Assembly (NCBI GenBank): GCA_934098745.1
Contig: CAKOPG010000005.1
Location: 4,839 to 68,838, forward strand
Origin: an uncultured Bacilli bacterium
GTDB taxonomy: Bacteria > Bacillota_I > Bacilli_A > RF39 > UBA660
DNA: 64,000 nt
Reading direction: 5' to 3'
Positions 55,303-64,000 of this stretch are shown here, in pieces. The notes beneath the pieces are model-generated. The model had not been told where the DNA came from. It made no database searches and saw nothing but the letters and a program-made list of their open reading frames with translations. The first letter of the stretch is position 1. Every line of letters starts with the position of its first letter. The translations under genes were made by a program, and so were the position numbers.

Positions 55303-55962
55303 TTAATTTCTCTTTAAAAAATAATCTATCGGATACCTACATCTAGATAATTTCTTAGTAACCGTCTTACTATCTTCAAATAGTTCTTCTATCTTCCCAC
55401 ATACTAAGTGATAACTCTTACCATGATAATCACATAAAGATATATAATATAAACTTATAAATATATTACTAAGAGCTCTCATATCACGTTCTTTAATTTT
55501 ATCTGGTAAAATAAAACGACTCTTAACATACATATCCGCATCTATTATTGTTATTCCTCTACCATTAACAATAACATTACCATCATGTAAATCAGATATA
55601 AAAATTCCTTCTTCAATTAATCTATTAATAATTTTCTCCATTCTTAGATAATTTTCTATTGTATATTCCGAAGGCATTGTTAAAAAATCAACCGGACTAC
55701 TCTCATAATAATCCATCGTATAAGCACTAAATTTACCATCTTTATCATTTAGAAAATCTCTCAGTTTATACATCCCATCCATATCCATATCTCTAATAAT
55801 TTTTAAAGTATCTAAATCAGCATTCATCGAATTTATTCCCGTTTTTAAACAAGTTTTCATATCACTAAGCAAATATATTCTTTTATATATTTTCTTCTTT
55901 TTATTAAACTCACACTTATTACCATGTTCATCATAATATATCATATTATTCCCCCTAAACAT
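55303..55962 (-). CDS. Protein-kinase-like fold protein (APH/Kdo-kinase-like catalytic loop)
   Basis: ..ISDLHDGNVIVNGRGITIIDADMY.. resembles the HxDxxxxN...D catalytic and Mg-binding loops. The start is uncertain. Confidence 0.4.
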   Translation of the reverse strand: MFRGNNMIYYDEHGNKCEFNKKKKIYKRIYLLSDMKTCLKTGINSMNADLDTLKIIRDMDMDGMYKLRDFLNDKDGKFSAYTMDYYESSPVDFLTMPSEYTIENYLRMEKIINRLIEEGIFISDLHDGNVIVNGRGITIIDADMYVKSRFILPDKIKERDMRALSNIFISLYYISLCDYHGKSYHLVCGKIEELFEDSKTVTKKLSRCRYPIDYFLKRN

Positions 55963-56087
55963 GCCCTATATCATACCATAAAATCTAATATTTAACAAGA
56001 ATATCTATTAATAGTAGAAAAATAAATATCAATTGAAAAAAGCAAAAAATTCTTACTTTTTTGCATCTTTTCCTTTTTATTCAAATG

Positions 56088-56702
56088 TTAATTATTACAA
56101 CTATCTATATTTATCCAATTATCTTTATCTTTATTACTCTCAATAATATTGACAACCTGATTATTCTTAATAATATCTTCAATACTATTATCTTTATTAT
56201 TACTTCTATATATAAATTCATAAGTACTATTTATATCTAAATTATTTGTAATAACTTTCTTCATCTTTATAGTCAAAACATTACTACTACTATCTATTAT
56301 CGTTACATACTTATAATTATCATCATCACTATCATATATCTTATCTATATAATAAGTCTTTGTTCCTGTACATTTATATTTCATATCTTTATCATCTTGA
56401 ATATAAGTATATATAACTATTATAATAATTTCTATTATTATTAAAAATATAAATAGAACTATATATTTCTTTATTTGTTTATTATTATCTTTGTTAATTA
56501 CCTGATCACTAAATATTTCATCATAACTAATATTAAACTCTTCACTTATTTTTTTTAATTTATCTGTTAAAGGTATTACTTGATTACTTTCCCACTTACT
56601 AACAACTTGTCTTGTTACTCCAATTCTATTAGCAAATTCTTCTTGTGATAACCCCAGTTTCTTTCTAAGAGAGTATATTCTATCACCAACTAACTTATTC
56701 AT
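56088..56702 (-). CDS. XRE-family HTH protein with a TM and an extracytoplasmic domain
   Basis: ..IYSLRKKLGLSQEEFANRIGVTRQVVSKWE.. followed by one TM. Confidence 0.65.
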   Translation of the reverse strand: MNKLVGDRIYSLRKKLGLSQEEFANRIGVTRQVVSKWESNQVIPLTDKLKKISEEFNISYDEIFSDQVINKDNNKQIKKYIVLFIFLIIIEIIIIVIYTYIQDDKDMKYKCTGTKTYYIDKIYDSDDDNYKYVTIIDSSSNVLTIKMKKVITNNLDINSTYEFIYRSNNKDNSIEDIIKNNQVVNIIESNKDKDNWINIDSCNN

Positions 56703-57657
56703 AAGCTACTTCCTCACTTTTATCAGTAATAAAATTCCATTTAACATAAACTATCTTATCAGGTTCTTCTTGTTTATTCTTAGTAAGTACAAACTTAATA
56801 ATCATTTCTTCATCATTAATAACTTTAGAGATAACGAAATAACCTTCTGGATATTCCTCTAAATAACTATTATCTTCCTTATAAAAATTAATCTTCTCAT
56901 AATCATTAATACCCTTAACTCTAAACACATATATTCCTGTTGTATCTCTATTTTTCTCACAATCTTCTAAACTATATTTTCCAGATTCCCCAAAATATTC
57001 TTTATAACCACAAGAATAATTAAAAGTTAAAATATTTCCACTTGGAGATGACTTATAATTGCTACTTCTCCAAGCCATATCAAATCCTTCTATCAAGAGT
57101 TTTACCGGTTCTTTACTAAAATCATTTATATCAAACATATAAACATCCTGATATTCATTATCGATATGATATCCTAATAAATTATATATCATAACTCCCA
57201 TCTTATTATTAACATCATATATTCCATCTAATTTTTGATTATACAAATCTTTTGCTATACTCTTAATATATTCTTTATCACTTGGATTATCCATATCTAC
57301 ATAATCTTTTATTCCCACATAATCTGGATAATAACTAATAGAACTCTTACAAGTAAATTTCTCTCCCTTTTTAAGATAATATCTAATTATCTTTTGTTCT
57401 CTACTCATATGATATTCCTTATCATATGTATCTACTGTCGTATCACAATAATATATATCCGCAAATATTGATTTATATACTACTCCTAATTCTAAAGGTA
57501 TTGTATTACTACTACTATCATGATAATATGCCACTTCCCGCTTAGCTATTAATGGTCTTGTTTTAAAATATTTAGTACAAACTCCATCTACTAAAATCAC
57601 TACCAGCATTCCTATAAGTATTAAACAAACTGTCTTAATTAATCTTTTCTTTTTCAT
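56695..57657 (-). CDS. Hypothetical N-terminally anchored protein (320 aa)
   Basis: ORF overlapping the downstream XRE gene by 8 nt. No motif recognised. Confidence 0.45.
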   Translation of the reverse strand: MKKKRLIKTVCLILIGMLVVILVDGVCTKYFKTRPLIAKREVAYYHDSSSNTIPLELGVVYKSIFADIYYCDTTVDTYDKEYHMSREQKIIRYYLKKGEKFTCKSSISYYPDYVGIKDYVDMDNPSDKEYIKSIAKDLYNQKLDGIYDVNNKMGVMIYNLLGYHIDNEYQDVYMFDINDFSKEPVKLLIEGFDMAWRSSNYKSSPSGNILTFNYSCGYKEYFGESGKYSLEDCEKNRDTTGIYVFRVKGINDYEKINFYKEDNSYLEEYPEGYFVISKVINDEEMIIKFVLTKNKQEEPDKIVYVKWNFITDKSEEVAYE

Positions 57658-57727
57658 TAATCCTCCTATCTATTATCATTATACCTTTAATCATCTCCGT
57701 ATAAAAGCAACTATATATATCAATTTG

Positions 57728-58270
57728 TCAAAAGTATTTTACATCATCTCTAAAATATATATTATTATCCATCTCATATCCTAAAGTAGTTTTATCACCA
57801 TGTCCTGGATATATTGTAATATCTCGATCATATTTTTTTATTTTTTCAATAGAAGATAACATTAAAGGAATACTACCACCCTCCATATCACATCTACCTA
57901 TACCATCTTTAAAAATAAAATCACCCGTTAACATTATCTTATCTTTTCTACTATATAAAGTTATTGCATCTTCCTTATGACCGGGAGTATATATAACTTC
58001 AAAATTAAATTCACCTATCTTATTATTACCCTCTATTAAATTACTCTTATCATATACCGGACAATTATATTTATCTACTATATCTTTAATTGCCCCAATA
58101 TGATCAAAATGATAATGCGTAATAACTATTCCTATAACTTTTTTATTACCTATCTTTTCTATTATCTTATCACCATCATCACCCGGATCTATTACCAAAA
58201 CATCTCTATTATTATAAACTAAATAACAATTACATTTCAAATATCCTACTTTAATTATCTCTATTTTCAT
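57728..58270 (-). CDS. MBL-fold metallo-hydrolase
   Basis: THYHFDH motif plus downstream His/Asp ligands (..TPGH.., ..GD.., ..PGH..). Confidence 0.8.
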   Translation of the reverse strand: MKIEIIKVGYLKCNCYLVYNNRDVLVIDPGDDGDKIIEKIGNKKVIGIVITHYHFDHIGAIKDIVDKYNCPVYDKSNLIEGNNKIGEFNFEVIYTPGHKEDAITLYSRKDKIMLTGDFIFKDGIGRCDMEGGSIPLMLSSIEKIKKYDRDITIYPGHGDKTTLGYEMDNNIYFRDDVKYF

Positions 58271-58384
58271 ATATCATCACATCTTTATTTTAACATTCAT
58301 CCAAATAAATTACAATTAGCTAACTAAAAAGTATTTATTTTTATTATAATATTATGATATGATATTATTGAAAGGAGTATTAAT

Positions 58385-58798
58385 ATGTACAATTTTGATT
58401 ATATGACAAATCCCAGTACTACAAATATTACTAGTAATATTATTGATTTTGGTATATGGGGAGTAATATCTGCCGTTCTAGCTATTATCGGAGGAATTAC
58501 CGCATATTTCATGTTTTTAAAACCAGATAAAAAAACAGATAATAAATTTCTTACATGGTTAAAAGATTTTGCAAACTTTAAAACTATGTTAATTGAACCT
58601 CTTTTAAAAGTTACTTATATTATTTTAGCCTTGTTCATAACATTAGCCTCTTTAGGACTAATTGGTAAAAGTTTTATTGGCTTTATCTTAACATTAACCA
58701 TCGGTAATTTAATCATAAGAATATCTTATGAAACAGCCCTAATAATTATTATGTTATGGAAAAATACCAATGAAATCAACAAAAAAATTAAAAAGTAA
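58385..58798 (+). CDS. Small multi-pass membrane protein (DUF4282-like)
   Basis: 137 aa, three to four TM segments. The family assignment is tentative. Confidence 0.4.
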   Translation: MYNFDYMTNPSTTNITSNIIDFGIWGVISAVLAIIGGITAYFMFLKPDKKTDNKFLTWLKDFANFKTMLIEPLLKVTYIILALFITLASLGLIGKSFIGFILTLTIGNLIIRISYETALIIIMLWKNTNEINKKIKK

Positions 58799-58882
58799 AA
58801 GGTGCAAACCTTTTCTTTTTTTGTCGATTTCTTTTTATATCTATTTTTATATTTTTATATTATTATATTAATAGGTGATAAA

Positions 58883-59452
58883 ATGTTAATACCAACAGTT
58901 ATTGAAAAAAGTAGTATGGGAGAACGTGCTTATGATATTTACTCACGTCTTCTTAAAAATAGAATTATCTTATTAAGTGGTGAAATTGATGACAATTTAG
59001 CTAATGTCATCATTGCCCAACTTCTCTATCTTGATAGTATTGAAGAAAGTGATATTTCTCTCTATATAAACTCTCCCGGTGGCTCTATTACTTCTGGAAT
59101 GGCTATCTATGACACGATGAATTTTATTAAAAGTGATGTTTCCACGACCTGTATTGGTATGTGTGCTTCCATGGCAGCCTTTCTTTTATCATGTGGTGAA
59201 AAAGGAAAAAGATATTGTCTGCCAAATAGTGAAGTTATGATTCATCAACCTCTTGGTGGTGTTCAAGGACAAGCCACCGAAATTGATATCGTCGCCAAAA
59301 GAATACTAAATCTACGTAAAAAGATAAATAGTATTCTTGCTAAAAATACTAAAAAAACTATCAGACAAATTGAAAAAGATACCGATAGAGATTATTATAT
59401 GTCCGCTGAAGATGCTCTAGAATATGGTATAATTGATAAAATACTAAAGTAA
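58883..59452 (+). CDS. clpP: ATP-dependent Clp protease proteolytic subunit
   Basis: [25 protein letters not shown].., active-site GMCASMAA, ..MIHQP... Start is at 58883 after AGGTGA; the track start at 58802 adds an implausible hydrophobic extension. Confidence 0.95.
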   Translation: MLIPTVIEKSSMGERAYDIYSRLLKNRIILLSGEIDDNLANVIIAQLLYLDSIEESDISLYINSPGGSITSGMAIYDTMNFIKSDVSTTCIGMCASMAAFLLSCGEKGKRYCLPNSEVMIHQPLGGVQGQATEIDIVAKRILNLRKKINSILAKNTKKTIRQIEKDTDRDYYMSAEDALEYGIIDKILK

Positions 59453-59458
59453 AAAGCC

Positions 59459-60928
59459 CTATAAAGGACTTTTTTTAAGTTCATCTAATATTTCTTTAAT
59501 AATTACTCTTTCATCAAATGGATATCTTATCCCTTTGATTTCTTTATAATCCTCATGTCCTTTACCTATAAGCATAATAATATCACCTTTTTGACCATTC
59601 TTAATAGCGTACTTAATAGCTTCTTTTCTATCAGGAATAATTATATACTGGCACTTCTTATCAAACTTTTCCATAATATCTTTAGCTATATCATCAAATT
59701 CTTCATATCTATTATTATCCTCAGTAATTATACAAAAATCTGAATATTTTGAAGCAATTTCTCCCATCTCATATCTTCTATCCCTGCTTCTATTTCCTCC
59801 ACAACCAAATATTGTTACAATTCTTCCCGGATCATACTCCCTTATTGTACTAAGAATAGATTTTGTACTAACTCCATTATGAGCATAATCTATAAGTAAA
59901 GTAAAATCATCTGATACCTTTACCGGTTCTACTCTTCCTTTAACAGAAAAATTACTAAGAGCCTTTTTAATATCATCTACTGAAATACCTAACATATGGC
60001 AAGTAAGAATAGCTGCCATTGCATTATATGAAGAAAATTTTCCGGGCATACTTATCTTAAAGGTATCTTTAATAACCCCTTCAGTATCTAACTTAATACC
60101 TACAAAATGACCATCTCTTACTAATTCCATTTTTACTGCTCTTAAATCTGCCTTCTCATTATAACCATAAGTATTAATAGAACTATCTCCTCTTTTAATC
60201 ATATCATAAAAATGTTCATCATCGATATTAAGTATTCCATGATTACATTGACTAAATAACTTACCCTTACTATCTATATAATCATCCATACTATCATGTT
60301 CCAGTGGTCCTATATGATCTTGTGTCAAATTAGTAAAAATTCCATAATCAAAGATAATATCATTAACTCTATCATATTTTAAAGCTTGACTAGATACTTC
60401 CATTACCATATATTCTATCTTATCATGAACCATTTCATCCATATATTTTAAAGTATCATATGCCTGCGGTGTTGTATTTTTAAGTGGATAATACTTCTTT
60501 CCAATATATACTCCGGTAGTACCGATAAGTCCACATTTTTTACCTGTCTCTTCTATTATCTTTTTAATCATAAAACTTACTGTAGTTTTTCCTTTAGTCC
60601 CCGTAATTGCTATTGTTTTCATCTTATTTTGTGGAAACTTAAATAACCTCATAGCTAATTTTGCTAATATCTTTCTAGTATTTTTAACTTTAATAATCGT
60701 TACATCACTAGATATATCTATATTCTTCTCTACTACCACTACTGTAGCTCCATGAGAAATTGCTGACTCTATATAATTATGTCCATCATTCTCACTTCCT
60801 ACCATAGCAACAAACATATAATTATCTCTTACTTCTCTTGAATCATATGCAATGTCTACTATTTCCGTATCCATACTTCCCTTTAATAACTCATATGGAA
60901 TCTTTTCAAATAAACTATCTAATTTCAT
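59459..60928 (-). CDS. murE: UDP-N-acetylmuramoyl-L-alanyl-D-glutamate--(mDAP or L-Lys) ligase
   Basis: ..ITGTKGKTT.. and Mur ligase middle and C-terminal domains. The specificity motif reads EDNNR, which is ambiguous. Confidence 0.85.
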   Translation of the reverse strand: MKLDSLFEKIPYELLKGSMDTEIVDIAYDSREVRDNYMFVAMVGSENDGHNYIESAISHGATVVVVEKNIDISSDVTIIKVKNTRKILAKLAMRLFKFPQNKMKTIAITGTKGKTTVSFMIKKIIEETGKKCGLIGTTGVYIGKKYYPLKNTTPQAYDTLKYMDEMVHDKIEYMVMEVSSQALKYDRVNDIIFDYGIFTNLTQDHIGPLEHDSMDDYIDSKGKLFSQCNHGILNIDDEHFYDMIKRGDSSINTYGYNEKADLRAVKMELVRDGHFVGIKLDTEGVIKDTFKISMPGKFSSYNAMAAILTCHMLGISVDDIKKALSNFSVKGRVEPVKVSDDFTLLIDYAHNGVSTKSILSTIREYDPGRIVTIFGCGGNRSRDRRYEMGEIASKYSDFCIITEDNNRYEEFDDIAKDIMEKFDKKCQYIIIPDRKEAIKYAIKNGQKGDIIMLIGKGHEDYKEIKGIRYPFDERVIIKEILDELKKSPL

Positions 60929-60936
60929 AATTCCCC

Positions 60937-61845
60937 CTATTCTGGTATTTCTACCACTACGCCTTCTTCCGCTAACTCATCTTTAAATTCTTCTTTAAAG
61001 ACCTTCAATTCTTTTTTTATAACATCTGGATACACTGCTTTAGTAGATTTAATAGCCTCATATATATGTCTAAATTTTACTTCCATTGAATTATCAAATA
61101 AAGCGGCTGAAAAAGCCTGTCTTAATACTGTCAAAGCTATATCCGGATACCTTGAAGATATCTCATATACTCTTTTATACTCACTAGTCATATTAACGAT
61201 AAATTTACATATATTCTCTTTAATAAAATCCGTATAATTAAGTTTTACCCCTGTCTGAACCTCAATCTTAGGTAACGTCTTCATCAGTATTTCTACACAC
61301 ATCTCTTGTGTAGGCTCCGATATATCAATTCTCTCAAATCTTCTCACAAAAGCCTTATCACGAAGAATATATCTCTCATATTCATCAACAGTTGTTGCTC
61401 CAATCAACTTAACAGTTCCTCTTCCCAGACCTTCTTTAAACATATTAGCCAAATCCATTGGTCCATTACTACTACTAGCACCCATAAGCATATGTATCTC
61501 ATCAATAAATATTATGACTTTATCTCTCGTTTTTAACTCATTAACTAAAGCCATAATCTTATTTTCCCCATCTGTCGTACCAATTAATGATGGCGTACTT
61601 ATTTTATAGACCGAATATCCCTTCAAAGCATTTGGCATATCATTTAACTGCATACGAAAAGCTAATCCTTCAACAATAGCCGTTTTACCAATACCCGGTT
61701 TACCTACTAAACAAGCCGATTTTTCTGGAGTAAGCAATACCATTACCAATTCTTTTAATTCTTTATCTCTAGCTACTGCTGGATTAGTAACATATTTTAC
61801 CTTCGTTAAATCTTCTCCATATCTTTCTAATATACTATTATTCAT
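60937..61845 (-). CDS. Stand-alone AAA+ ATPase resembling the ClpA/ClpB/ClpC D1 module
   Basis: ..ERYGEDLTK..NPAVARDKELKEL.., Walker A GKPGIGKTAIVEGLA, Walker B IIFIDEIH, ..IGATT.DEY... Only 302 aa. Confidence 0.7.
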   Translation of the reverse strand: MNNSILERYGEDLTKVKYVTNPAVARDKELKELVMVLLTPEKSACLVGKPGIGKTAIVEGLAFRMQLNDMPNALKGYSVYKISTPSLIGTTDGENKIMALVNELKTRDKVIIFIDEIHMLMGASSSNGPMDLANMFKEGLGRGTVKLIGATTVDEYERYILRDKAFVRRFERIDISEPTQEMCVEILMKTLPKIEVQTGVKLNYTDFIKENICKFIVNMTSEYKRVYEISSRYPDIALTVLRQAFSAALFDNSMEVKFRHIYEAIKSTKAVYPDVIKKELKVFKEEFKDELAEEGVVVEIPE

Positions 61846-61849
61846 CTCA

Positions 61850-62026
61850 TCACCTATTTCTTAAAACTAATATTATCCCTATACTCAAACTAGTAATAAT
61901 TATTGATAAAACATATAAAATACTAACATATCCATACATTTTTTCTCTCTTATTATCTTCTTTTTTCTTCATAACATCAACAGGTAATTCTAAATTTAAA
62001 AGTACTACTGGTAATCTATTCTTCAT
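61850..62026 (-). CDS. Putative 58-aa membrane protein (not in the ORF track)
   Basis: The ATG overlaps the ylxM stop (ATGA). C-terminal TM YGYVSILYVLSIIITSLSIGIILVL. The stop lies 4 nt before the next gene's ATG. Confidence 0.4.
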   Translation of the reverse strand: MKNRLPVVLLNLELPVDVMKKKEDNKREKMYGYVSILYVLSIIITSLSIGIILVLRNR

Positions 62027-62328
62027 AATAACTCCCTAAGCTCCTTCTTAATATCCTCATTATCTATCTTATTAATTACCTTCTTTAACCTATTACCCTT
62101 CTCATATAAATGTAATACTCCCTCATATTCATATAACTTATTACATACATTCTTAATACATTTATGAACTGCATTCCTACTTTTATCCTCATTTAAAGCT
62201 ATCTCAGATAAAGATAAATTATCGAAGTAATAACCTTCAAAATATTTTCTTTGTTGGTAATTAAATAATTCACCATAATAATCATATAACATTACTAAAT
62301 ATTCTATTTCTCCCATTATTACCTCCAT
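62023..62328 (-). CDS. ylxM: YlxM/UPF0122 putative HTH protein
   Basis: ..LYDYYGELFNYQQRKYFEGYYFDNLSLSEIA..SRNAV... Located downstream of ftsY. Confidence 0.75.
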   Translation of the reverse strand: MEVIMGEIEYLVMLYDYYGELFNYQQRKYFEGYYFDNLSLSEIALNEDKSRNAVHKCIKNVCNKLYEYEGVLHLYEKGNRLKKVINKIDNEDIKKELRELL

Positions 62329-62334
62329 ATCTAT

Positions 62335-62700
62335 CTAATCACAAACTAATACTGGATTAAATTCATAATCTGTTTTCTCATCTGTTGTCGTATCTTTAAC
62401 AATAAATTCTATTCTTGTTTCATCAACATCACATTTTTCATTACTTAAAGGATTTATAAACATTGAAATATCATAATTATTTCTTTCTGACATATCTCGT
62501 AAATTCATATAATATGTTCCCGGTTCAATTCCTCCCTTTAACCATTGATCATTTTCATAAATTAACTTTCCATATTCAATTAACTTATCTTTCATCTCTT
62601 CGTACTTAACATCAACATCATTATTATTATTTTCTTCTTTTTTATCTTGACATCCACATAACATTAATATAAATACTAAAACTATTAACGCTTTTTTCAT
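62335..62700 (-). CDS. Lipoprotein (121 aa)
   Basis: Lipobox LMLCGCQ. No other motif recognised. Confidence 0.55.
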   Translation of the reverse strand: MKKALIVLVFILMLCGCQDKKEENNNNDVDVKYEEMKDKLIEYGKLIYENDQWLKGGIEPGTYYMNLRDMSERNNYDISMFINPLSNEKCDVDETRIEFIVKDTTTDEKTDYEFNPVLVCD

Positions 62701-62714
62701 TTTATATCCCTTCC

Positions 62715-63686
62715 TTATAAATCTTTAAATAAACCATATATATATTTTTCTACATCAAACGTCTCTATTTGGTCTACTCCTTCACCTAAGCCAATAAATT
62801 TAACCGGAATATTTACTTCTTCCTTAATAGCTAGAACTATTCCTCCTTTAGCCGTTCCATCTAACTTTGTCAAAACAATTCCTGTAATATCTGTTATCTC
62901 CTTAAATGCTTTTGCCTGACTAATACCATTTTGTCCCGTTGTTGCATCTATTACTAATAATGTCTCATGCGGTGCCTCTGGAATAATCTTTTTAATAACT
63001 CTATTAACCTTCTCTAATTCTGCCATTAAATTACTTTTATTTTGAAGTCTTCCCGCTGTATCGACAAGTACTAAATCATAATCTTCCCTCTTAGCTACTT
63101 CTAAGCCATCATAAATAACTGATGCAGGGTCTTTTGAAGAATTAGTAATAACTCTCGTATCAGTCTTTTCTCCCCATTCAATAAGTTGTTCTATTGCTCC
63201 GGCTCTAAAAGTGTCTCCCGCTACCATCAAAACTTTTTTACCCATATTTTTGTATTTAGCAGCTATTTTTCCGATTGTCGTAGTTTTCCCTACACCATTA
63301 ACTCCAACGAATAAAATAACTGTAGGTCCATCATTTACAAAATGAATCTTACTATCAATAATATTATTGCCAACATACATAACAAACAATTCATCGACAA
63401 TTATTTCTTTTAAATAATCACTATCAGTAATCTTTTCTTTCTTAACACGGTCCCTTAATCTATCGACAAACTTCATAACTGTATTAACTCCAATATCAGC
63501 CATAATTAAAATGTTTTCTAATTCTTCAAAATAATCATCATTAATATTTTTATATTTCTTTGATAAATTACTAAGCTTACTAACAAATTCTTTTCTTGTT
63601 TTTTCTAAACCCTCTTCATAATTCTTACTTTCTATTACATCCTCTTTCTTAGAAAAAGCCTTCTTTATCTTATCAAAAAATCCCAT
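62715..63686 (-). CDS. ftsY: Signal recognition particle receptor FtsY
   Basis: GVNGVGKTTT, DTAGR, TKLDG. Confidence 0.95.
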   Translation of the reverse strand: MGFFDKIKKAFSKKEDVIESKNYEEGLEKTRKEFVSKLSNLSKKYKNINDDYFEELENILIMADIGVNTVMKFVDRLRDRVKKEKITDSDYLKEIIVDELFVMYVGNNIIDSKIHFVNDGPTVILFVGVNGVGKTTTIGKIAAKYKNMGKKVLMVAGDTFRAGAIEQLIEWGEKTDTRVITNSSKDPASVIYDGLEVAKREDYDLVLVDTAGRLQNKSNLMAELEKVNRVIKKIIPEAPHETLLVIDATTGQNGISQAKAFKEITDITGIVLTKLDGTAKGGIVLAIKEEVNIPVKFIGLGEGVDQIETFDVEKYIYGLFKDL

Positions 63687-63787
63687 ATAAACCTCCCATT
63701 AAATATTCTTACTTCATTTTAAATTCTTTTTAATCTATATCTAATTATTATTCTTTGTTATCACTAATTCATCATACTTACTTAGCC

Positions 63788-64000
63788 CTAACTATATTTC
63801 TTACAAACATATCCCATTATCTTATCATACTCATTAGGTATTTCACCCAGTACAATTTTTTCTTCAATATCACAAGTTATATCTTTAATTCTACTATCTG
63901 GTAAAATATTTAATTTATTACATATATCCATTCCATTAACTACAATATCTTTCTTCGTATATATTGCTAAACTCTTATATATTGCATTAATTTTTTGATA
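63788..64000 (-). CDS. C-terminal end of a gene running out of the window; resembles the C-terminus of CCA-adding enzyme / poly(A) polymerase-family proteins
   Basis: The open frame reads ..VVNGMDICNKLNILPDSRIKDITCDIEEKIVLGEIPNEYDKIMGYV.. with the stop at 63788-63790. The assignment is tentative. Confidence 0.35.
   Translation of the reverse strand, partial: YQKINAIYKSLAIYTKKDIVVNGMDICNKLNILPDSRIKDITCDIEEKIVLGEIPNEYDKIMGYVCKKYS

Noticed and set aside
58802-58882. GTG-initiated 27-aa hydrophobic extension of clpP.
   Set aside because: ClpP proteins start at about [14 protein letters not shown] precedes the ATG at 58883. The extension is translated AT-rich intergenic sequence.
47-61536. Other short or antisense track ORFs: 47-265, 2095-2388, 3667-3954, 15563-15748, 18334-18591, 21539-21757, 26089-26328, 26431-26799, 28236-28463, 32792-33049, 33471-33665, 34856-35104, 35783-35992, 37992-38234, 43295-43513, 43564-43791, 48676-49056, 49297-49479, 54424-54648, 57235-57471, 59555-59743, 61306-61536.
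   Set aside because: Each lies wholly within, and opposite to or out of frame with, a longer ORF that has recognisable motifs. Their translations are low-complexity (I/L/F/S/K-rich), typical of antisense AT-rich coding DNA.
1-64000. Search for CRISPR arrays, tRNA or rRNA genes, transposases, integrases or invertases, and known defence-system hallmarks (nucleases, Cas, restriction-modification, toxin-antitoxin pairs).
   Set aside because: I could recognise none by eye in any intergenic region or ORF translation. In particular, the recombinase that would operate the two switches is not encoded in this window.

Overview
The window is a very AT-rich chromosomal segment from a Bacillota (Firmicutes)-type genome. 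It is probably a spore former, because it carries an sspI-like gene and shows the gpsB-rnpB synteny known from Bacillus. All calls come from reading the sequence and the ORF track; no database search was run, so product names rest on recognised motifs only.

Most of the window is housekeeping:
- Wall glycosylation: GT2-YfhO-GtrA.
- Cell envelope: pgsA, a RodZ-like gene, gpsB, PBP-mraY-ftsW, murE.
- RNA and translation: RNase P RNA, rimM-trmD, ylxM, ftsY.
- Other: uvrB, fhs-nadD-nadE, clpP, an amino-acid ABC importer, and an ABC-F protein with a leader-peptide attenuator.

I found no rRNA, tRNA, CRISPR array, transposase or recombinase gene.

The most interesting content is a four-member paralogous family of secreted proteins with TasA/CalY-type (SipW-class-like) signal peptides, at 19214-21016, 27856-29637, 33800-34471 and 38948-40510. 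Two members are preceded by the same roughly 145-bp promoter cassette, bracketed by 24-25-nt palindromic inverted repeats. The two cassettes lie in opposite orientations relative to their genes. The promoter faces the gene at 40.5 kb (ON) and faces away at 21.1 kb (OFF), which is the signature of invertible-promoter phase variation. A third member carries the same promoter with a degenerate repeat and looks locked ON. That gene heads a rhomboid / MacB-type ABC / M13 peptidase gene string. The family is modular (shared N-terminal module, swapped C-terminal heads), and three members share a conserved 3' flank motif.

A second candidate system is a compact cluster at 43.1-45.6 kb: a guanylate-kinase-like gene, a GATase-less CTP-synthase-like::Ham1 fusion, and a degraded NUDIX gene.
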